Both the position numbers and the translations under genes were made by a program. Under the pieces are notes generated by a model. It was given only the letters and a program-made list of their open reading frames with translations. It ran no database searches and had not been told where the DNA came from. From a bacterium (GTDB lineage: Bacteria; UBA8248): DNA of 64,000 nt. The DNA lies in assembly GCA_965213625.1 (NCBI GenBank), contig CBDBZU010000004.1:4032001-4096000 (forward strand). The letters run 5' to 3'. Numbering within the stretch: position 1 is the stretch's first letter; every line of letters begins with the position of its first letter. This document shows, in pieces, positions 49,391 through 59,209 of the stretch.

Positions 49391-52299
49391 TCGCCTGAAA
49401 ACCCGCTCCCGCCTCCGCTTTCTTTCTTCCTTTCCCGTTCGTACACGGCTTTCCTCTCATCCCCCCCGGGCACCGCGTTCCGCGCGGTGCCGTAGAGTTT
49501 GCCCCCCAGCCAATCGCCGACGACGGGCAAGTCCTCCACGACGTGTTCCGAGAAGGGCTTCTTGGTCTCTGCGGCGATTTCAGGACGCCCCTCCCCGATT
49601 CGCTCCCCCGTCACTCCCCTGCGGGCCGCCCGGCCGGCTTCGCGGATGTCGAGTTCGGTCTCGATCTCCGCGCGTCCGCGCACGGCCCGTTCACCGGCGC
49701 CGCCCGGCATGGGCGCGCCCCTGCCACGCGCACGTTCGCGCACCGATGCCGACCCTTCTTCCCAGGCCATCTCCGTCCCGTCCGCGTCGCGCAAGCCATC
49801 CCGCGCCCGCTCGTAATCCGCCCGATCAGGCGCAGGCTCCGGTCCCTCTTCCGCCGGGAAACGCTCGGCGATGAAGGCGGCGGCATAAGCGCGCAGCACT
49901 TCCGCGTCTTCCGTCGTCTGAGGAGATGCCAAGCGCATCGCGCCTGCGGCGCCTATCTCGCGCCCGTCCGCGCCCACCCGCGTCGTGAGCCACGCGAAGA
50001 AGGGCTGTCCGAGTTCGCTCTCTATCGATCGCGCGTTCGCGCGCACCTCGGCCGCCTGCGTGCTCCAGTTTTCCGCCTCGCGCCTGCTCACCGCCTCCTG
50101 CTCGCTGAAGCGCCGCATGCGCGTGAGATTGGCGCCCATACTCTCCTCTAGGCTCTTCATTTCGCTCTCGCCCGACGCTGTTGTGTAGCGCCTCGAGGCG
50201 TCCGCCACGCGCGACCAGAGGTCCAATAATCCGCTTTGTCCCGCGTAGTCCGTCATCCGGTTCCAGGCCTCGCGCGAGAACGTCTGTCCGCGCCAGCTCG
50301 CGGATCCGTTAGCGCCCATCCTGACAATAAAATCGAATCCGCCTCCCACCCTGGCCTCGCTCGCGAGACTTGCGGCTTGTTCCTTCGTGATGCCGCCGGC
50401 CTGTGAGAGTTTTTCGATATGGGATTCTAGACGCTGCGCGCCCGCGTTCTCACTCTCTGTCACCCCCCGCGCGTGAGTGACTCCGCTTCTCACGTCGCGT
50501 GCGAACCGCTCGACCATGGCGACGGAATCGGTCGCTGCAGCCGTCCGCGCGGCGGCGGCCTCGGCCGAGAAGTGACGGGCCTGCTCGACGGCTTCGCCCG
50601 CCCGGGCTTCGTGGCTCACAGCCAGGGACTCGGAGAGCCTGACGCCCGCTGCCGGCACCCGGCTCGTGGCGGAACTCGCGTCCATCACGGCGGCGCCCTC
50701 CCCGGTCACGGTGAAGGCCGCGCCGCCGGGAGCGAAGCCGGTGTAGCGGCCGGAGTCCACCTGAGCGGAGGTCCTAACCTGGTGACCCTCGACCGAGGCG
50801 AAGCGGTGCGTGTCCGCGCTCGTGTTTCCCAATGAAATGTTGCCCGTGGTGCCTTCCTGGGCAGCGGACGAGGCGGCCTCCTGTCCGACCGAGAGGACCG
50901 AAGTGGCGAGCGAGGTCGCGCGGCCGACACCGTAGGCCAGGGCCGCGGCGAGAAAGGGCACCGACATCGAGAGGTAGCCCGACATCACGGCCACATCGGC
51001 CGCCACGGCCCTGATCCCCGACTGGGCGATGAGCGATACGCCTATGTCGCCGCCCGGCATGAGGGCGGCCGCGCTCATGCGCTGCGCGGCTTCTCCCATC
51101 GCGACACGGTGCAGTATCGCGTAGAGCGGACCCCAGCTCTGCAGCCAGACGAGGCCCGAGAAGTAGGAGCGGAATATCGCGCCGCCCGCAGGGGTGAGCA
51201 TCAACAGGACCGCCATCGGGAACGCCCCCACGTAGAGGCACTCGAAGACGATGCGCAGCATGGGGACCCAGGTCTCGGCCTGTCTCCCGATCGCCCGGTA
51301 GGCCGATACGGTCTGGGCCTGGGCGCGGGCCTCGGTGTAGGACCTCAGCGCAGCGGCGTTTCCGGCTTCTGCGCTCCATTGTTCGCCCGCGTCGTGCATG
51401 GCGTTCAGCACCATCTGCTGGCGAAGCGCCTCGGCCGCAGATCTCGATGCCCCGATAAGGAAGTCGTGCGCCGCCGGCAGCGCCGCCAGGAGTTCGGCCC
51501 GCGCGAGCGCCTCGCTCGCGGCCCCCGGGAAGAGCCTCATCCCGAAGACGCCCGAGGCCCTCGTGACCTCCGCCCCCCACAGCGCATCGAGGCGGGACGC
51601 GGCGGTGGCGCAGGTCACGATCGCGCGATTAAGCGTTGTTCCGCCCGTGCCCGAGGTCGCGCCCCGGCTCACGTATTCCACCATGCGCGCGGGCGAGGTG
51701 CCCGCCGAGGGAGAACCCGAGGCGGTGACGAGCGCCCAGAGGTCCGTGCTCTCACGCAGGTCATCCGCCGATATGTGCCCCAAAAGCAGGGCGTGGAACA
51801 CGCACTGCCGAGCGTAGGCCCGGAGATTCCGGGCGAAGACGGCGTCGGTCACCTCCATCCGGGTCGTTGCGGCCGCGAGCCTCGCGCCGAAGATGAGCCC
51901 GTGTCGGCGGTAAGCTAAATCGTTCGGAAGGGAGAAGGCCTGTTCGGTGAGGCGCGTTAACCCGTCTCCCACCCGGCTCGTGAGCGAGGCGAAAAGAGCC
52001 AGGCCCAGCGGCACGTTCGCCACCACGGCGGGCGCAAGAGCCGGGTCCAGCCTGTCCACCACGCGCACCGTTCCCTTCGGGACCACCAGCGCGCCCCACA
52101 CGCAGACGAAGAGCAGTAGCCATTTGGCGTTGTCCTTCCACGACCCCCCGAAAGCGGTGCGGAAAAGCGCCCAGGCGAGTCCGGTGACGCCTGCGATCTG
52201 CGCCAGCGTCACGAAGGCGCCGCCTCCCGTGATCGCGGCGACCGCGTTTAAGAGGTCGACCAGGTAGGTCCCGCCGCCAAGCGTGAATATCTCGTACAT
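49372..52299 (-). CDS. traG: F-type mating-pair stabilisation protein TraG
   Basis: MYEIFTLGGG..LLNAVA, VANVPLGLA, WLQSWGPLYAIL, long hydrophilic C-terminus. Confidence 0.9.
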   Translation of the reverse strand: MYEIFTLGGGTYLVDLLNAVAAITGGGAFVTLAQIAGVTGLAWALFRTAFGGSWKDNAKWLLLFVCVWGALVVPKGTVRVVDRLDPALAPAVVANVPLGLALFASLTSRVGDGLTRLTEQAFSLPNDLAYRRHGLIFGARLAAATTRMEVTDAVFARNLRAYARQCVFHALLLGHISADDLRESTDLWALVTASGSPSAGTSPARMVEYVSRGATSGTGGTTLNRAIVTCATAASRLDALWGAEVTRASGVFGMRLFPGAASEALARAELLAALPAAHDFLIGASRSAAEALRQQMVLNAMHDAGEQWSAEAGNAAALRSYTEARAQAQTVSAYRAIGRQAETWVPMLRIVFECLYVGAFPMAVLLMLTPAGGAIFRSYFSGLVWLQSWGPLYAILHRVAMGEAAQRMSAAALMPGGDIGVSLIAQSGIRAVAADVAVMSGYLSMSVPFLAAALAYGVGRATSLATSVLSVGQEAASSAAQEGTTGNISLGNTSADTHRFASVEGHQVRTSAQVDSGRYTGFAPGGAAFTVTGEGAAVMDASSATSRVPAAGVRLSESLAVSHEARAGEAVEQARHFSAEAAAARTAAATDSVAMVERFARDVRSGVTHARGVTESENAGAQRLESHIEKLSQAGGITKEQAASLASEARVGGGFDFIVRMGANGSASWRGQTFSREAWNRMTDYAGQSGLLDLWSRVADASRRYTTASGESEMKSLEESMGANLTRMRRFSEQEAVSRREAENWSTQAAEVRANARSIESELGQPFFAWLTTRVGADGREIGAAGAMRLASPQTTEDAEVLRAYAAAFIAERFPAEEGPEPAPDRADYERARDGLRDADGTEMAWEEGSASVRERARGRGAPMPGGAGERAVRGRAEIETELDIREAGRAARRGVTGERIGEGRPEIAAETKKPFSEHVVEDLPVVGDWLGGKLYGTARNAVPGGDERKAVYERERKKESGGGSGFSGDQVMGP

Positions 52300-52309
52300 G
52301 GGGGTATCC

Positions 52310-53722
52310 CTATCTTGCGCCTGCGGCGCCGCGCGAGAAGGCGAGCGCGGCTCTGAGATCCGCCGAGAGCGCACCGCTGAGTTCGGTCTCGATGAGGCGG
52401 AGTTTTTCGACGACGGCGAGGGCGGTGTTGAAGCGTTTGAGTCCCTCGCCCCGGTGGCGCGCGAGGGCGGTGCGGTTTTGTCGAAGTCCCTCGCGCCAGC
52501 GCGCGAGACGCTCGCCGTCGGCGACGTCCATCGAGCCCGCGCGCTCCTCGATCGCGCGGTGAAGATCCGATATCCATACCTGGAGCACGTCGAGCGCCAC
52601 GGCTTCGGCGAGCGCGTCCACTTCCTGCTCCACCACGGCGCCCCGGTAGGCGGCGGCCGCGTTCACGAGCCTGTAGACGGGAAGCGTCGTGAGGTTGACG
52701 AGTCCCAGGGCGTCGGGTGGAGGCGCCGTGTCCGTCCGCACCGCGTCCACCAGGCGTCTGAGCAGTTCCGCGACACGGCTCCTGAAGCCGCGCGCAGCCG
52801 GTACGGTGAGCCGCCCGAGCGTGGGATTGAGACATAGATCGGCCGTATCGCAGCGGTAGACCGGCAGGTCGCCGCCCCCCTCCATCAGCACCTCGGTCAC
52901 GCGGCGATCGAGCGCGAGAGGCTCTAGGATGCGCACGCGGGGACCGGAAGGGTCGGCGTCCGTTGTGGGCGCCGTCAAGATCACGCTGCCCGATACCGAC
53001 ATGGCGAATTCCCCCAAATCGCGGTCCGAGGCCAGGAAGCTCGATGCCCTGACCGCGCGCCAGGCGTAGTTCACGTTGACGGGCGCCTGTTCCTTGAGGG
53101 GCCCCGTAGCCGCAGCCAGCGTCGAATTGCGTTTCCCGTCCGCGCCGCAGCCGTGGCGCGCGGCGGCGTAGTCAGAAAAAATCCCCTGCCGCGTCCCGAT
53201 CGCGGCGCAGATGGCCGCGCTCGCACGGTCGTTCTTCGACCAGACGGCGCCGACGAGCGCCTGGGCCGTCTCGCAGGAGTTCAGGTTCTGGTTGTTCACC
53301 CACTGGGCGAGCGCTCTCAGCTTCGACATCGTCTCGGCGATCACGGGCGAGATGGTCTCGAGCGCGAGTTCGAAGGCGAAGCCCGCCGCGTTCTGCGCCA
53401 CGGCGCGCGCGAAGGCGATCATCTGGTCGGAATCGATGAAGGAAAAAGCGCCGGCGAACGCGTCGATGCCCCCGCAGCCCGCACGGTATGAGGGAAGGCT
53501 CACCGTGGCGATCGATTCGGATCGCACGGGCGCCCTGAGATACAGGTTGCCGAGCGTCCAGTGGCCCGAAGCCTGGCCGTCGAAGGCGGTGGGCCCGGTG
53601 GTGTTCACGGCGGCGCCCCGCCAGAAATTCTCCATCTCCGACAGGACGTCCGCGCGGGAGGGGGCGGCAAAAAAGAGTGTTGCGCTCAGAATGAGCAGCA
53701 TGAAAATTCGTCTAGTAGTCAC
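52310..53722 (-). CDS. traH: F-type pilus assembly protein TraH
   Basis: LPSYRAGCGGIDAFAGAFSFI, NSCETAQ, CDTADLC. Confidence 0.93.
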   Translation of the reverse strand: MTTRRIFMLLILSATLFFAAPSRADVLSEMENFWRGAAVNTTGPTAFDGQASGHWTLGNLYLRAPVRSESIATVSLPSYRAGCGGIDAFAGAFSFIDSDQMIAFARAVAQNAAGFAFELALETISPVIAETMSKLRALAQWVNNQNLNSCETAQALVGAVWSKNDRASAAICAAIGTRQGIFSDYAAARHGCGADGKRNSTLAAATGPLKEQAPVNVNYAWRAVRASSFLASDRDLGEFAMSVSGSVILTAPTTDADPSGPRVRILEPLALDRRVTEVLMEGGGDLPVYRCDTADLCLNPTLGRLTVPAARGFRSRVAELLRRLVDAVRTDTAPPPDALGLVNLTTLPVYRLVNAAAAYRGAVVEQEVDALAEAVALDVLQVWISDLHRAIEERAGSMDVADGERLARWREGLRQNRTALARHRGEGLKRFNTALAVVEKLRLIETELSGALSADLRAALAFSRGAAGAR

Positions 53723-54503
53723 TGCCGACCTCCCTTGCCGTGAGAGCGAAGATGCGCTCGGCTAGCTGGTCCTCGGCGACGACGCCGTAAGAGACTGGAA
53801 GCGCCTGACGGGTCTGCGTGTCGTAGAGGACGACGGCGGGCAGGACAGGAGCCTGTATGCCCAGCCGTGCGGCGCGGCCCTGATCTGCGACCGCCTCCGG
53901 CCAGCCCTCGAGCGCTCCTCCAGTGGTCGAGACGGCGAGGACTTCGAGTCCGTGGCGCTGCGCGAAGGCGCGAAGGAGGGGCCCGAATACGCGGCAGGCC
54001 GGACATTTTTCCGATCCCAGGTAGATGAGGCCGTAGCGCTCCCCGAGACGTGCGAGCGCCGCGTCACGCTCCGCACGGCGCTCTTTCGTCCAGAGCCTCT
54101 TTGCGAGCGCGCCGACGGGGCGCCTCAGCGTGTAGTCGATGTCGGGGTTTGCCCAGACGGCGCGCCTGAAGGCGTCCGAGAACGCGGCGGCGCTTTGCAG
54201 CGCCCTTTGCTGCAGGCGCATGTAGGCCGTTACGTTCTCAGGGGTCGGTTCCAGGATTGCCTGCGCGCGGGCGTCTTCGAGCGCCTTGCGCATCGTCTGG
54301 ATGCGTTCTTGGACGCTTTCATGTTGTTCGGCAGGCGAGGCTTTCGCCGCGGGCGCTCCGTTATCAAACTCTTCATCGCGGTCGCAATAGAAGTGCCAGC
54401 CGAGGGGAGCTTCAGCGCCGCACCAGGAGCGCCACTCCCGCGCCTGCGCAGGAAGCGCGCCGAGCGTCATGAGCATCAAGATCAGGGTATGGATAAATAT
54501 CAT
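53712..54503 (-). CDS. traF: F-type TraF (thioredoxin-like)
   Basis: GWHFYC, AILEPTPENV, CPAC, PVSYG. Confidence 0.9.
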   Translation of the reverse strand: MIFIHTLILMLMTLGALPAQAREWRSWCGAEAPLGWHFYCDRDEEFDNGAPAAKASPAEQHESVQERIQTMRKALEDARAQAILEPTPENVTAYMRLQQRALQSAAAFSDAFRRAVWANPDIDYTLRRPVGALAKRLWTKERRAERDAALARLGERYGLIYLGSEKCPACRVFGPLLRAFAQRHGLEVLAVSTTGGALEGWPEAVADQGRAARLGIQAPVLPAVVLYDTQTRQALPVSYGVVAEDQLAERIFALTAREVGSDY

Positions 54504-54512
54504 GATCGTTCC

Positions 54513-55592
54513 TCACTCCTTCTTCGAGTAGAAATCACGGACCCGCTCTTGCATCGCCTCACCGGTCCCGTCCGCCTCGGGAAGCGTGATCGAGGGTTCG
54601 CTCGCCCCGTCCATGAGGTTTTCCGTGAACTCCGACAAATCCACGGCCTCGAAGTCGATCCGTTCCATCTCCTCCACGGTGAAGCCGCGGCAACTGCCCC
54701 AGCCGATGCCGAGTTGCGACCGCGCCGCCTCCTGCAGGATGCGGCCGAGCTTGGAGCCGAAGACGCACCAGACGCGTTCCTTGCGCACGCAGACGCCGAA
54801 GATCCGCTTCGCGCACCTGACACCGAGGTAATGGGTATTGCCCGCGTGGCGCTCCTGCGCGAGGAGGCGCTCTGACTCCGTGCAGTTGCCGAGACCGATG
54901 AGCAGCCCCGAATCCTTGCAGCAATCGGCGAGTCCGCCCCACCGTATCCGGCACGAACGCCTCTCGCCCCGGAAGAAGAGAAGATTCCCCCGGTCGAATT
55001 CATCACCGCCGAGTTCGATCGCCATGTTGAGTTTGGCCGCCGCGTCCACGAACCCGGTACCCGCCTGAGAGGACCTGGTTTCGCAGTCCGCGCCCACGCA
55101 CCAGGAGACCGAGCCGCAGGCGCCGCCCGACTCGGCCTGCGTGAGTCCCGCACCGCAGTCCGAGGCAGACCCCGACGCGAGGCCCGAAGCCTTGAAGCGC
55201 GGCGCGGAAGGATCTCCCTGCACCTCCTCCCCGCGCACGGCCACCGGGTCATCGGTTTCGATATTGATTTTTTCGCGAGCGTTCATCCCTTCGGTCACGT
55301 ACCGTCCGGCCCGCCCGCCCGGGTCGCCGGGGTCCGCGAGCGCATCGTTCGCGGCGTCTTCGAGATCGGCGGCGCCGATGTCGCGCTCTTTGAGGTTCGT
55401 TCCGGCATAACCCGGGACTTTGGACGCGGAAACCGGGTCCTTCGCCGCTGCCGCCGCCGCCGTTCGTCCCGCATCGCCCATCGCGCGGGCGGCCGCCTTG
55501 GGGTCCTCCGCGTGGGCGCCGCCGGCAACCGCGAGATGAATCAGGAAGAAAAGATACAGGGCGGTCGCCCCGATCGGTGCGTTTCGCTTCAC
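54513..55592 (-). CDS. traN: F-type TraN (short form)
   Basis: Cys-rich C-terminus DCC..CVFGSKLGRILQE..QL..CRGFTVEE..DLSEF. Confidence 0.88.
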   Translation of the reverse strand: MKRNAPIGATALYLFFLIHLAVAGGAHAEDPKAAARAMGDAGRTAAAAAAKDPVSASKVPGYAGTNLKERDIGAADLEDAANDALADPGDPGGRAGRYVTEGMNAREKINIETDDPVAVRGEEVQGDPSAPRFKASGLASGSASDCGAGLTQAESGGACGSVSWCVGADCETRSSQAGTGFVDAAAKLNMAIELGGDEFDRGNLLFFRGERRSCRIRWGGLADCCKDSGLLIGLGNCTESERLLAQERHAGNTHYLGVRCAKRIFGVCVRKERVWCVFGSKLGRILQEAARSQLGIGWGSCRGFTVEEMERIDFEAVDLSEFTENLMDGASEPSITLPEADGTGEAMQERVRDFYSKKE

Positions 55593-56302
55593 CTGGAATC
55601 TCCTCTCAATTCTGCGAGATGACGCCGCGCCGTCCCGCGGCCCGGTCCGCCTTCTGTCGTGATGATCGAAAGCGCGGCGTCGAGGCCGATGTTTCCTTTA
55701 ATACGGTCGTGGGGAGGTGACGGATCCGATGCACAGCCCCGGCTCTTACATGCGGGGACGCCGCCCGGGACGACCGCTACGGCCGGAACCGCTTTGATAC
55801 CGAACAGCCGGAAAAGGCGCGGGTCGATAGCGGCGCCGGCATTTGCCGGGAGATGCTCCCCGACTAGCTTCACGGTGGCCCGGAGCCCACCCTGCGCGAC
55901 GCCGCGCAGGACGAGCGGCGCGCCGATCCTCGCGGCCTCCCCGCTCCACTCCCGCCAGGCCGCTGCGGGAACAGAAAGGCTCATGAAAACGATGACTTTC
56001 GGGCCATGCGGAGGCGTTGATAGATTCTCCGCCAGACTCCCGGCGCGGCCTTCCGCCGGGAGGGGGGCGGGGGTTTCCGGGGCGTTTTTCCGCGCGCGAC
56101 CGAGGGCACGCTCCAGTACCGCGCGCGACCAGGAACCGAGGTTGGCGGGTGGGAATTTTTTCGTATTCCGTAATGCCCTTTCCACCATATCCCGAGCGGT
56201 ATCTTCGGACGTTTCCTGCGCGAGAGCCGGAGTATTCCACGCCGCGAGGAGAAATGCGCAAACAAGCGCCATGACAGTCATATCGATCACTTTGCAGCCC
56301 AT
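55589..56302 (-). CDS. trbC: F-type pilin assembly protein TrbC
   Basis: VFMSLSVP, LVLRG, IDPRLFRLFGIKAVPA, GNIGLDAAL; start approximate. Confidence 0.85.
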   Translation of the reverse strand: MGCKVIDMTVMALVCAFLLAAWNTPALAQETSEDTARDMVERALRNTKKFPPANLGSWSRAVLERALGRARKNAPETPAPLPAEGRAGSLAENLSTPPHGPKVIVFMSLSVPAAAWREWSGEAARIGAPLVLRGVAQGGLRATVKLVGEHLPANAGAAIDPRLFRLFGIKAVPAVAVVPGGVPACKSRGCASDPSPPHDRIKGNIGLDAALSIITTEGGPGRGTARRHLAELRGDSR

Positions 56303-56313
56303 TATGAAAATCC

Positions 56314-57315
56314 TTAGAGGAGGCAGCAGTTGCGCTTGCGCCAGAGCAGGAAGCCAAAATTTTCTCCCGCGACGGGGAGCTCGCGGAGCGTCTCCCACAG
56401 GACCGTGGAGCGGCCGGTGGGGTTGCAGCCGGTGAGAGCCGAGGTGGCGGGGACCGGCTGGGTCATCTGCCAGCGGTACTGCGATTTCTTCATGATCGGC
56501 ATGGGGTAGCGGCCGCAAAGGGCGGCCGAGCCCGAGGTACCCCACGTGAGCAGGGTCCGGTGCAGGCGGAACACGAGACGTTGCGCGGCGAGGATAGACG
56601 CCTGCACGCCGCCCACGTGGGCGCCCACGTTCCCGGTCAGGGGGTACATCGCGCCCTGACAGCCCGCGCACCAGTACAAGGGATCGAGTGGGAGTCCCGC
56701 AGACGCCGCCGCGCAGTCCGCGGCGCACGCCGCCTGGGCGGGGATATCCGCGAAGAGCGCGGCTTCGGGGTTCAGGAGGAACGACAGCTCATCATCGCGC
56801 CAGGTCGGATCGAGTTCGGATATCCAGGCGATGTCGAGACCGCCGCCTTCGAGGCAGCCGAGATCGATCAACGCTCCGATCCAGGAGAGAAGCGGATAGA
56901 CGTAGTAGTGGACGTGCCAGGTGGAGCCCTGCGCACCGTCCCCGCCGGAAGTCCCCGTGCGCCCGCGTCCCGCCGGCAAACCCCCGTCGATGGTCAATCC
57001 ACCGAGATTCGGAAAACACCAGGGCGCGCGGCTCGCGTCGATAAGACGCGCGGGCTCCCAGACGCCCAGCGAGAGACCGATCCGGGGGATGGGACTCCCG
57101 CAGAAGCAGATCGGGGAGCCCGGGTTGGGCGTGTCCGGCGCACCGGCGGCCGCGCCGATCCGGATCGGCCCTATCGATATCGGAAACAGGCACTCCCAGC
57201 ACACGTCCGTCACGGGATTCACGAAACGGCCCGTGCACGATTGCGCCGACGCATTTCCGGCGAAAAGAATACAGGCGAGAAAAATGACTGGAGTGAGGAA
57301 AATCAGGCGCCTCAT
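56314..57315 (-). CDS. traU: F-type TraU
   Basis: NPVTDVCWECLFP, WEPAR, SELDPTW, WCAGCQG..YP, WRKRNCC. Confidence 0.93.
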   Translation of the reverse strand: MRRLIFLTPVIFLACILFAGNASAQSCTGRFVNPVTDVCWECLFPISIGPIRIGAAAGAPDTPNPGSPICFCGSPIPRIGLSLGVWEPARLIDASRAPWCFPNLGGLTIDGGLPAGRGRTGTSGGDGAQGSTWHVHYYVYPLLSWIGALIDLGCLEGGGLDIAWISELDPTWRDDELSFLLNPEAALFADIPAQAACAADCAAASAGLPLDPLYWCAGCQGAMYPLTGNVGAHVGGVQASILAAQRLVFRLHRTLLTWGTSGSAALCGRYPMPIMKKSQYRWQMTQPVPATSALTGCNPTGRSTVLWETLRELPVAGENFGFLLWRKRNCCLL

Positions 57316-57980
57316 GGGCGATCTCCTCCGCTTCCGGGGTTCCCTTCGTCTTCCAGGGGGACTTCCGTGATCCGCAGGAATGGTCCCCCGGCTTCGAGCA
57401 GCGACGGCGTGGCGGTCAGGCCGAAACGCCTCGCGAGCCGTCCTCCCTGATCGAAATAAAACTTTCGTCCGTGCGCTCTCATCAACTCCAGCGGACGGCC
57501 CGCGAGCAAAACGATCACGGAGGGTTTCCTGCGGGCAATCGCCCAGTCGACCTCGACCGGGCGCGTACCGTCGATGAACAGGAGGTCGCGGGTCAGGGGG
57601 TGTTTTTCGAGGGGATTGATCCGCGTTCCCCGGGCCGCAATCAGCACTCCGTCTGGCGCAAAGGCGTCCCGTTCGACCTCGACCGATGGATCGAAAAGCC
57701 GGCTCCTGCGTTCACTCGCAGGCTTGATGCCGCCGACGCGGGGCGGCGCCTCTATCTGCTTGCGGGCTGTTTCCACGGCTTCGCGGCGCAAACGGGCGAG
57801 TTCACCGGAAACCTCCATTTCCTGGAGCCTGGCCTCGATCTCGCGCAAAAGGTCAGGCTCCTCGATGCGCCAGACGGCGCCGCGAACGCCCAGGTCCTTC
57901 GCGGCAGCCGTTCCCGCTGCGAGAGCGAGGGCGCAGGCGAGCGCCGCCGCGAAGAATCTCCGGGGAGGAAGCCGTCTCAT
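57312..57980 (-). CDS. traW: F-type TraW
   Basis: DLGVRG..IEEPD, FDPS, NPL, FIDG, YFDQGG. Confidence 0.9.
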   Translation of the reverse strand: MRRLPPRRFFAAALACALALAAGTAAAKDLGVRGAVWRIEEPDLLREIEARLQEMEVSGELARLRREAVETARKQIEAPPRVGGIKPASERRSRLFDPSVEVERDAFAPDGVLIAARGTRINPLEKHPLTRDLLFIDGTRPVEVDWAIARRKPSVIVLLAGRPLELMRAHGRKFYFDQGGRLARRFGLTATPSLLEAGGPFLRITEVPLEDEGNPGSGGDRP

Positions 57981-58531
57981 GGCCGCGCCTCCTCAAGCTT
58001 AGCGAGGGGTCCTTCGATACCCAGCCAGGGGAGGTCGGGAAGTGGGAGCGCGCGGGCCCGGATGCGCTCGCGCGGCACGAGCCCGATCTCCCGGTACCGG
58101 CTGTCGTGGCTGTCTGTGTGATCGGCGTGGACCTAGTAGCGGCCCGGCGGGATGACGCCGGGCCCTATCGCTTCCAGGGCGCGGCCGTTCAGCGCGCGCC
58201 GCTTGGCGATCCCGATAAATTCTCCCCTCACGAAGACGCGGCGCTCTCCGTCCACCGCCACGCTGTCTCCCGGCAGGCCGAGGACGCGCTTCATGTAGGG
58301 AATCGGGGAGCTTAAGTCTTCGGGCGGGTCGAAGAGGACGAGGTCGCCGCGCCCGGGCGCCCCCAACATCGGCAGCGCGAAGTACCCCCACGCCCCGTCG
58401 GAGGTACTCGCGTTCACGTGGACGCGCGAGGCCGCGGCGAGCCACAGGCCCGAGAGCACGGCCATGCAGACGAGCAGCCTGAAGCCCCGGGGGTTGGTTC
58501 TGCCCTTCACGGCATCATCGGTCATCAGCAT
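57977..58531 (-). pseudogene. Conjugative S26 signal peptidase (TrhF/TraF-peptidase-like) with in-frame TAG at 58133-58135
   Basis: NASTS (Ser), YMKRVLG (Lys), then GRY*VHADHTDSHDSRY; frame continues to a TGA overlapping the traW ATG. Confidence 0.85.
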
Positions 58532-58901
58532 TATTCTTCTCCCTGTTCGGTGATGTCTTGGGCGCGAGTTCCGCCATCGCCACCTCGACCTCGGTCGTCA
58601 AATCCTCCGCGCCCGCGGCGACGGCGCCCGCGGTTAGCAGCACGACGCCACGCCGCGCCGCCACTTTCGCGAGCGCCCTCTCCAGTCTTGCGCCCCACTC
58701 GCGGGCGGCGGCCAGGGCTTTTTCCGAATCCCCACCCGCGCGCAGCGACCTCGTCACGTAGTCCGCCGTGAGGCTCAAGAGACGCACGCTCGCGATACGA
58801 TGTGGTTTTCCGGGGGCGAACCTCACTGTCCCGGCCGAGACGGCGGCGGCGACGCCCGCCGCGAGAAGCAGCGCGGCCGCTATGGCGGAAAACTCCTTCA
58901 T
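58515..58901 (-). CDS. trbI: TrbI-like protein
   Basis: N-terminal TM, VVLLTAGAVAAGAEDLT; position after traC. Confidence 0.7.
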   Translation of the reverse strand: MKEFSAIAAALLLAAGVAAAVSAGTVRFAPGKPHRIASVRLLSLTADYVTRSLRAGGDSEKALAAAREWGARLERALAKVAARRGVVLLTAGAVAAGAEDLTTEVEVAMAELAPKTSPNREKNNADDR

Positions 58902-59209
58902 GGCCGATCCCCCGCGGCGCAAAGCGCATCATCCATCTCGACCCACTCCGCGGCGTCATGACGCCTGAACCACGCCGTTCCCTCCTCGTCATGGAACATG
59001 TAGTGGAACCGGCCTGCATAGAGGCGCTCACCTGCGTCGGCCGAGAGCACGCCCGAAGCGATCGCGGCGCGGAACACGGCGTCGGCGTCCTCGTACACCC
59101 GAATGAAGCGCTCAGGCTTAGAGCGCTGCCTGCGATCAGGCTGCATCGCGCGAACCTCCCGCCCGGGGCGTCCCGTCTTCCTCTTTTGGCGTTTGTGCTT
59201 GCGTGGCAT
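58898..59209 (-). CDS. Hypothetical protein
   Basis: RBS AGGAGG before MPRKHK; stop overlaps the trbI start; YMFHDE..WFRRH core. Confidence 0.55.
   Translation of the reverse strand: MPRKHKRQKRKTGRPGREVRAMQPDRRQRSKPERFIRVYEDADAVFRAAIASGVLSADAGERLYAGRFHYMFHDEEGTAWFRRHDAAEWVEMDDALCAAGDRP

Noticed and set aside
58133-58135. Pyrrolysine recoding of the TAG
   Set aside because: The position matches an aromatic residue in S26 peptidases and there are no pyl genes in the window; a point mutation is more parsimonious
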